A stretch of 64,000 nt of DNA from the human T2T-CHM13v2.0 reference genome, Homo sapiens. Positions within the stretch are counted from its first letter, which is position 1, and every line of letters starts with the position of its first letter. The notes under the pieces were generated by a model, which searched no databases, was not told the origin of the DNA, and saw only the letters and a program-made list of their open reading frames with translations. Positions 57,701 through 64,000 of the stretch are shown here, in pieces. Location of the stretch: NCBI GenBank assembly GCA_009914755.4, contig CP086569.2, positions 16,192,001-16,256,000 of the forward strand, given 5' to 3'. A program made the translations under genes and the position numbers.

Positions 57701-58850
57701 TATCACCAGCGGAGGCTGCAGAACAGCAAAAATCGCTGCCTGCTCCTTCCTCTGAATGCTTCATCTCAGAGGGGCACCTGCCAATGCCAGCTGGAGATCT
57801 TCTGTATGAGGTGTCTGTTGACCCTTGCTGGGAGGTGTGTCCCCATCAGGAGGCACTGGGGTGAGGCACCCACTTGAGGAGGCAGTCTGTCCCCTAGTAG
57901 AGCTCAAACACTGCTGGGACATCTGCTGCTCTCTTCAGAGCTGGCAGGCAGGGACATTTAAGTTGGCTGAAGGTGCATCCACAGCCATCCCTTCTCCCAG
58001 GTGCTCAGTCCCAGCGAGTTGGGGGTTTTATCTATAAGCCCCTGCCTGGGGCTGCTGCCTTTCTTTCAGAAATGCCCTGCTCAGAGAGGAGGAATCTAGA
58101 GAGGCAGTCTGACTGCCGTGGCTTTGCTGAGCTGCGGTGGGTTCCACCCAGTTTGAACTTCCCAGTGGCTTTGTTTACATTGTGAGGGTAAAACTGCCTA
58201 CTCAAGCCTCACAGATGGCCAACGCCCCTCCCCCCACCAAGCGCAAGTGTTCAAGGTCAACTTGAGACTGCTGTGTTAGTAATGAGAATTTTAAGCCAGT
58301 GGATCTTAGTTTGCTGGGCTCCATGGGGATGGGATCTACTGAGCTAGAGCACTTGGCTCCCTGATTTCAGCCCCTTTTCCAGGGGAGTGAGTGGTTCTGT
58401 CTTGCTGGCATTTCAAGTGCCACTGAGGTTATGAAAAATAACTCCTGCTGCTAGCACAGTGTCTGCCCAAATGGATGCCCAATTTTGTGCTTTAAATCAA
58501 GGGCCCCAGTGGCATAGGCACTCAAGGGAATCTTCTGGTCTGTGGGTTACTAAGACTGTGGGAAAAGCATAGCATCTCAGCTGGAGTGCACTATTCCTCA
58601 CAGCACAGTCTCTCACAGCTTCCCTTGACTAGGGTAGGGAGTTCCTCAACCCCTTGCATTTCCTGGGTGACGCGATGCCCCACCCTGCTTCTGCTCACCC
58701 TTTGTGGGCTGCACTCACTGTGTAACTAGTCCCAGTGAGACGAGCTGGGTATATCAGTTGGAAATGCAGAAATCATTTGCCTTCTGTATTGATCTCGCTG
58801 GGAGCTGCAGACTGGATCTCTTTATATTTGGCCATCTTGACACCACCCCA
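51735..58850 (-). mobile_element. Full-length LINE-1 (L1PA-type, not intact), antisense, about 6.4 kb of L1 sequence. It is interrupted within ORF1 by a nested 0.68-kb younger L1 3' fragment at 56431-57111. Its 3' end is at ~51735 and its 5' UTR terminus at ~58850
   Basis: At 51740: ATTTATTGTACGTTGCATTCTCAGATGCATGTGCAGAACGTACAGGTTTGTTATATAAGTATACATGTGCCACGGTGGTTTGCTGCACCCATCAACCATGATCTACATTAAGTATTTCTCCTAATGCTATCC is the reverse complement of the L1 3'UTR. Minus-strand ORF2 fragments: 52159..52473 (…[53 protein letters not shown]…), 53141..53764 (…[23 protein letters not shown]…), 53801..54172 (RT: …[52 protein letters not shown]…) and 55021..55254 (endonuclease C-terminus). At 56270-56430 there is reverse-complement ORF1 (…GGAAGTTCTCCTGGATAATATCCTGAAATGTGTTTTC-like…GAGTAAAAAGAAATGAATAAAGCCTCC). 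ORF1 resumes at 57112 (reverse complement of GAAGATCAACTTAATGAAATAAAGTATAAAGA). The 5'UTR reverse complement ends …GAAATGCAGAAATCATTTGCCTTCTGTATTGATCTCGCTGGGAGCTGCAGACTGGATCTCTTTATATTTGGCCATCTTGACACCACCCC. Confidence 0.85.
56431..57111 (-). mobile_element. Young LINE-1 (L1PA2-L1PA4-like) 5'-truncated 3' fragment, antisense. It covers the 3' UTR plus the ORF2 C-terminus and has a T-rich tail. It is nested inside ORF1 of the older full-length L1
   Basis: A poly-T/T-rich tail at 56431-56497 is followed by TTATACTTTAAGTTTTAGGGTACATGTGCACAATGTGCAGGTTAGTTACATATGTATACATGTGCCATGCTGGTGTGCTGCACCCATTAACTCCTCATTTAGCATTAGGTATATCTTCTAATGCTATCCCTTCCCCCTCCCCCACCCCACAACAGTCCCCAGAATGTGATATTCCCCTTCCTGTGTCCATGTGTTCTCATTGTTCAATTCCCACCTATGAGTGAGAATATGCGGTGTTTGGTTTTTTGTCC ... 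CCACCAACAGTGTAAAAGG. The reverse complement is roughly 97% identical to the young L1PA/L1HS 3' end consensus as I remember it. Confidence 0.8.
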
Positions 58851-59761
58851 TTTTGCACAATTGCTTTATTTTTTTTAGAACAAAATGATACATAAATAAC
58901 CTAGAAAATATTCTCAGTAAAAACTTGATTCTTTAATGTCAGCTTTGTTGGAAAATTTCTCTTACTAAGATGGGAATTATATTTAACAAAACTAATAACC
59001 CTTTGATCCTATTTGTTTTTGACTAGTTTCCTATTACTACTATTACTGCACCTAATTAATCTGGTGACAGCTATGGCATACTAAATTCCCTAAGGCAATT
59101 AACTAAGAGATTCAGAAATCTCTTCAGTGATTGCTGATTTAATGGAATGCCCTTGAACTCTGGAGGGATGCTGCCCCTGTGAGTTCACACCCACACTGTG
59201 GCCAAGAGGAAGCAGCAGGGCCTGACTTAAGAATTCCAAGATCGTCCATGAGCCTCCTGGCCACTGCCTCCTGTATTCCTGACTCAAACACCAAGTACAA
59301 AACCAGGGCTGCTTTTCTGGCAGGAGCTTGCGAAAATCTTCCTTAATATTACAATATGCACATCACAAGAGGAAAATCCACAAGGTCTCACTGTCTCTAA
59401 GAAAGAAGATGAGAGGAAACATTTCATTTCTGCAAGAGAAATACATCTGTAAGTAAACACAGATAACATTAACGATAATGTTTAAAACTTTCTAAGAGCT
59501 AAATGACTTTTAAAAATGCAATTGCTCATTTTTCTATGACAAGTCTAAACAAACATTGTCAGTGAGAACACCAAGATGTTAAAACAGTTCATTCCATGGT
59601 CCTTTTTTTTGCAGGGTACCTTGTGAGAGACATTCCTGTTCATGAGGGCCCTTGCTTTGTGGGTTTCACCATAACTGGTCCCATGCAAAGGCAGCATGTG
59701 TTTTCCACATACACTTTGCTTCTACATACATTTTAAAACATGGCTAATGTTTTGTGAATAC

Positions 59762-60055
59762 AGGGTCTGGCTGTGTTGCCCTAGCTGGTCTCAAACTCCA
59801 GGGTCTTAGCATCCTTCTGCCCTCAGGATCACAAACTGCTGGGGTTACAGGTGTGAGCTCCCACACCTGGCTGTGCATGGTGGTGTGTGCCTGTGGTCCC
59901 AGCTACTCAGGAGACAGAGGCAAAAGGATTGCTGAACCCCAGGAGTTGGAGGCTGCAGTGATCTATGATTGTGCCACTACTGCCTATGGCCTGGGCAACA
60001 AAGTGGGACCCTATCTGAAAAACAAAATGAAAACCAAAAAAACCCCACATAGATC
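59762..60055. mobile_element. Composite of two Alu-derived fragments in opposite orientation: an antisense left-arm-like piece at 59762-59870 and a sense right-arm piece with A-rich tail at 59871-60055
   Basis: GGGTCTGGCTGTGTTGCCCTAGCTGGTCTCAAACTCCAGGGTCTTAGCATCCTTCTGCCCTCAGGATCACAAACTGCTGGGGTTACAGGTGTGAGCTCCCACACCTGGC is followed by TGTGCATGGTGGTGTGTGCCTGTGGTCCCAGCTACTCAGGAGACAGAGGCAAAAGGATTGCTGAACCCCAGGAGTTGGAGGCTGCAGTGATCTATGATTGTGCCACTACTGCCTATGGCCTGGGCAACAAAGTGGGACCCTATCTGAAAAACAAAATGAAAACC. Confidence 0.6.
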
Positions 60056-60892
60056 ACCATGTTTCCATTAACACAGTGCATTGCAAAACAAGGACTGCCT
60101 GTACTTGAAATTTAGTTTAATTGCCTTAGTTATAGGAACAGCTCATGTTACAAAGGCAAATATTTTACCTCGTCTTTATCAGTTCATAAGTACAGCGCTG
60201 AATGCAAGTGCCAACATACTGTGATCAACTCTGGGACCTCCTGTATGGAATGCACCACCTTCATTTTTCTAGGAACCATAATTCAGGTTAAACAACAACA
60301 AAAAAAATGGTGTTTCTGAGAGGAAGGCTTTACAGCCTTCTGAGAGGAAGCTATGGGATAAGTCTTTCATGAGGAGAAATTCGTAGGAAAAACGAACATG
60401 TTACAGTGGAATTTGTAACAGGATGCCAAGCATGGAGACATACACATGTCCAGACATAAAAAGCAGATACATGTTCCCACTGGGAACTGTTCCAGCTGCA
60501 CCTGGAGGCTCATTCCAGCTGCACCTGGAGGCTCAGACTTGACTCTCTGATTTACTAGCTAAGAGGTCTCAGGCACATCCCACATCAAGCAATTGCAGTC
60601 AAGTTGAATTCAATAATGAGACTTAAATCAAGAATGAAATTTAAATCAGCCCAGGTATATGTGTTGCTAAGAATGTCCCACTCTCTTTCAATGACTGTTT
60701 ATAGCTGTGGTATCATAAAAACTACACACTCAATTTTTGTCCTTAGTTCATGACACAGAGCTCCTAAACCACTTGGAATTTCCAAATGATTAATGAGCCA
60801 TTTTCAACCAAATGAGGTGCCTCTTGTGGGCCCAGGATAGCTTAACGACAGGGTCTAGAGGTCAGAAAGACCAAACATGTGATTAAAATATT

Positions 60893-61197
60893 GGAGCCAG
60901 GTGCAGTGGCTCACACTTGTAATCTCAGCACTTTGGGAGGCCAACGGGGTTGGATCACCTGAGGGCAGTTTCAGACCAGCCTGGTCAATATGACAAGACC
61001 ATCTTTACTAAAAATACAAAAATTATGCGGGCGTGGTGGTGGGTGTCTGTAATCCCAGTTACTCAGGAGGCTGGGGGCAGAAGAATCACTTGAACCCAGG
61101 AGGCGGAAGTTGCCGTGAGCCAAGATTGCAGGACTGCACTCCAGCCTGGGTGACAGAACAAGACTCCAACTCAAAATAAACAAACAAACAAACAAAA
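60893..61197 (+). mobile_element. Alu SINE (sense), full length, with a (CAAA)n-type tail
   Basis: GGAGCCAGGTGCAGTGGCTCACACTTGTAATCTCAGCACTTTGGGAGGCCAACGGGGTTGGATCACCTGAGGGCAGTTTCAGACCAGCCTGGTCAATATGACAAGACCATCTTTACTAAAAATACAAAAATTATGCGGGCGTGGTGGTGGGTGTCTGTAATCCCAGTTACTCAGGAGGCTGGGGGCAGAAGAATCACTTGAACCCAGGAGGCGGAAGTTGCCGTGAGCCAAGATTGCAGGACTGCACTCCAGCCTGGGTGACAGAACAAGACTCCAACTCAAAATAAACAAACAAACAAACAAA. Confidence 0.85.
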
Positions 61198-61568
61198 TTG
61201 GAACTTTCAGCCCTCTCCCCATCTCCAGGAAGGGAGTGGTGGCATGGACTGACTTCAAAGAGCCATGGTTAGTGAAGGCATCACTAACGCCTATGTAAAA
61301 ACTTCCATAAAAACCCATACATTAGGAGGCTGGGGAGCTTTGAGTTTGGTGAGCACACGGAGGTGCTGGGAGGGTCAGGTACCCAGAGAGGGCAGGGGAG
61401 CACTGTACCCACATGCTGTGGGTACAGCCCATGCTTTGCTTCCATTTGGCTGTCTCTGAGTTGTATCCTTCATAACAAACCAGCAAGTGTATCAAAGTGT
61501 TTTCCTGAGCTCTATCAGTCACATTAGGGGATTATCAGATCGGAAAAGAGGGTTGCAGGAACCCCTGA

Positions 61569-61868
<300 letters not shown>

Positions 61869-62126
61869 AAGAGCCCCCAATTTGTAGCCAGTCAATCAGA
61901 AGTACAGGTAGGAGGCCCCTGGAATGTGTGATGGGCATCTTCATTGGGTGTCTTGGGGGACTGAGGAGTTAACCTGTGTGGTCTGGGCTGAACCTAGGTG
62001 TCAGTGTCAGAATTGAAGTGAATTGTTGGATACCAAATTGGCTTCAGAGAATGAGAGGTCTGCATACTGAGGCACATGTTCTGGCTGCCTCTATAGGTTT
62101 GAGGTACTAAGTTGGACGCTAGGCAA

Positions 62127-62150
62127 AAAAAAAAAAAAAAAAAAAAAAAG
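62127..62150. repeat. poly(A) homopolymer (~24 nt)
   Basis: AAAAAAAAAAAAAAAAAAAAAAAA follows GCTAGGC. No recognisable retroelement body is adjacent to it. Confidence 0.7.
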
Positions 62151-63187
62151 TCAAAACTCCAGGTCTTCCAAGACTACTCCAGTAGCTCAGTTTTATTGGG
62201 AAGGAGGTTTCTGAGTAATTTCCCTGAGCTTGTGATTGGTGTCAGTGGTTAGCAGTGAGAGGTGCGGTATTAAAAAGACCATTCACCAAAATGTTCCTCC
62301 ACACAAATCACTGAAGTCCTTACACGCAGGCACCCAAGGGAAAGAGGCATTTGCAGGGACTCCCTGATGGACACCCTCCCCAGCTGCTTACACTAATATC
62401 AACAGAAAAGCTCCTCTTTCAAGGGTGCCCTGCTGTGATTCTAGAATGTATATCTGCAAATCGTTCAGGCCAAGGACTCCATGTCAGCAGTAATAGAGCT
62501 GTCAGAGGAATCTGGAGCCAGGCCCGGCCGGCCACCATGAGCGGTTAGCTCTCTAAACCCTCTGCCCAAGTCACCTGTGGAGGAGACTCATATAACAAGA
62601 GGGAACCAAGGGCTGAGGTGCAGGACAGGAGGTGTTATGGAATACAAGCCCACCAGCTGCCCTTTCCAATGGAGAAATAGATGGAAGCGCAAAAAACCCA
62701 GCTGGCCATAAAAACTCAATGTCACTACACAAGAAAAATTCTTCAGCAACCGATGAGAACTCTATAAGCAGTTGGGGAGGGGAAGTGAGTTTTAGTGATT
62801 TACATCTGAACTGCAGTGAATACTCACCTTAAAGCCTGCATCTAGACAATAAGACTGTTTTAAGCCCCACATCATTAAAACCACTGCTTCCCTGGAAAAT
62901 GTCTGAATAGGCCTTTTCCTGTCACTGTAATCTTACCAGCCTGTCCCTGAGACCCAGTGGATTCTGGCTGAGTCTCCCTGGCCTAGAGACTTAGGTGTGG
63001 CCACGATTCCTCACAAAATCTTCCAACCAGACCATCTCCCTGCCCACATACCCAAATTCTAAGGAGCACTGCAAAGTGGCCTTCAATAGCACAAATTACA
63101 GCTTTTCACATTTGGTAAACACTACGTGGATATTATGTGGGGTAACATGGTTGTGGAACACGGCCCATGTCACTGGCACCCTCTTAC

Positions 63188-63409
63188 CTTCTCCACGGCA
63201 GGAGTGGGAGAGAACCTCTTGGCGCAAGCTAGGAAGATGTCGGGGTCTGGCTTGCCACGCTGCACTTTGGGGTCATCTCCCAGCACAGTCTGGGAAAACA
63301 AGCTGAAGATCTCCTTGTGGCGGCTTGTCTTCATCTCAAACGATGCAGACTTCAACCTGGTGGCCAGCGCAAAGGGGATGCCTTTTTTCTGACAACCAGT
63401 TTCTCAGCT
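63188..63409 (-). pseudogene. Exon-like segment homologous to an internal exon of PUDP/HDHD1, a HAD-family pseudouridine-5'-phosphatase. Splice acceptor and donor motifs are retained, but it is diverged and frame-disrupted, so this is probably an unprocessed pseudogene or paralogous copy
   Basis: The minus-strand ORF 63170..63355 translates …[55 protein letters not shown]. Compare human PUDP …[54 protein letters not shown], about 80% identical. Homology ends exactly where the minus strand reads GAG AAG|GTAAGA, a consensus 5' splice site. Upstream, the minus strand reads CCTTCCCTCCATCTCCCCAG|GAGCTGAGAAACTGGTTGTCAGAAAAAAGGCATCCCCTTTGCGCTGGCCACC, a polypyrimidine tract followed by AG. The exon start then encodes AEKLVV-RKK where the real protein has AEKLIIHLRKHGIPFALA, implying a 6-bp deletion and a 1-bp deletion. 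The 1-bp deletion shifts the downstream GIPFALAT… region out of frame and gives an in-frame TGA. My reading of the printed sequence is 1 nt shorter than the ORF-track coordinates near 63300, so boundaries are +/-1. Confidence 0.5.
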
Positions 63410-64000
63410 CCTGGGGAGATGGAGGGAAGGAGTGCAGTGAGGGGTGAGGCCTCCACTACAAGGCCTTCTTCCAGGGACGGTCCTTCCAGCTGAGTGGCAG
63501 CACACTCTCAGGCTGCTTCTTTTGAGGAATTTCTGACTTAGGATAGACTGTCTGAAAGGGGGTTCTCGGCTCCAAAATATCCCTGCTCAAAATAAACCAA
63601 AAACTCAAAAAAGCTATTGGCGGTTGAGCAGTGCATTTCCCAAAGGAACAGAAAAGAAGTGCACTGGGAGGCACTGCTGCTTTGTCTGCTGGGCCTCTTT
63701 ATTAAATGTGGAGAAGGGCAGGTAGCAGGTCCAGGAAATGACTAGACCTGGGATCTGGCCAGGGCACAGGGAAGGCCACAGAGCAGGGACTCGCTGAACC
63801 ATACTTTTATTCCACAGCAGCAAATACACAATGACTGTGCTTTTTGTGTTTTCTGCAAAACTGCCGTATTCTGCAGAAAACATTTCAATCATTCTTCACC
63901 CTGCTGAGAAGAGGAAATCACACAACGTCCTCCACCAGACACTGGAAAAGGCTGAGGCTGAGGGACTGCTGCAGCATTACTTAACAAGGGATTGGGACAA

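Noticed and set aside
63290-63310. One-base discrepancy between my reading of the printed sequence and the ORF-track coordinates (ORFs 62995..63306 + and 63170..63355 - both imply one more base near 63300 than I count)
   Set aside because: It is most likely my transcription or counting slip. I trusted the ORF track for coordinates and flagged +/-1 nt uncertainty on the PUDP-like exon instead of asserting a sequence error.

Overview
This window is primate genomic DNA, almost certainly human or ape, and not a prokaryotic locus. It is AT-rich, CpG-poor intergenic or intronic sequence with no CpG island. Interspersed repeats dominate it: about 25 Alu copies or fragments, including at least one AluY-like copy; two full-length L1PA-type LINE-1 elements, both on the minus strand; several older L1 fragments; three THE1-type MaLR solo LTRs, all on the plus strand; a MADE1-like mariner fragment; and many microsatellites and low-complexity blocks. 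I see no operon-like, CRISPR, tRNA or rRNA structure. The only gene-like signal is one minus-strand exon-like segment at about 63188-63409. It is homologous to PUDP/HDHD1, a HAD-family pseudouridine-5'-phosphatase encoded at Xp22.31, and is flanked by splice-site-like sequences, but it is divergent and appears frame-disrupted. I read it as a probable unprocessed pseudogene or paralogous duplicate. Other noteworthy structures are an L1 insertion with a twin-priming-type 5' inversion, a young L1 fragment nested inside an older full-length L1, a THE1 LTR inserted into an old L1 3' end, a roughly 540-bp inverted-repeat MITE-like element, and a roughly 1-kb TA-rich palindromic repeat block. I could not find an exciting, previously undescribed system here. 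The ORFs of 60 aa or more in the track are explained by L1 ORF2 remnants, by translation of simple repeats, or are unsupported. Coordinates of repeat boundaries are approximate, about +/-10 bp.
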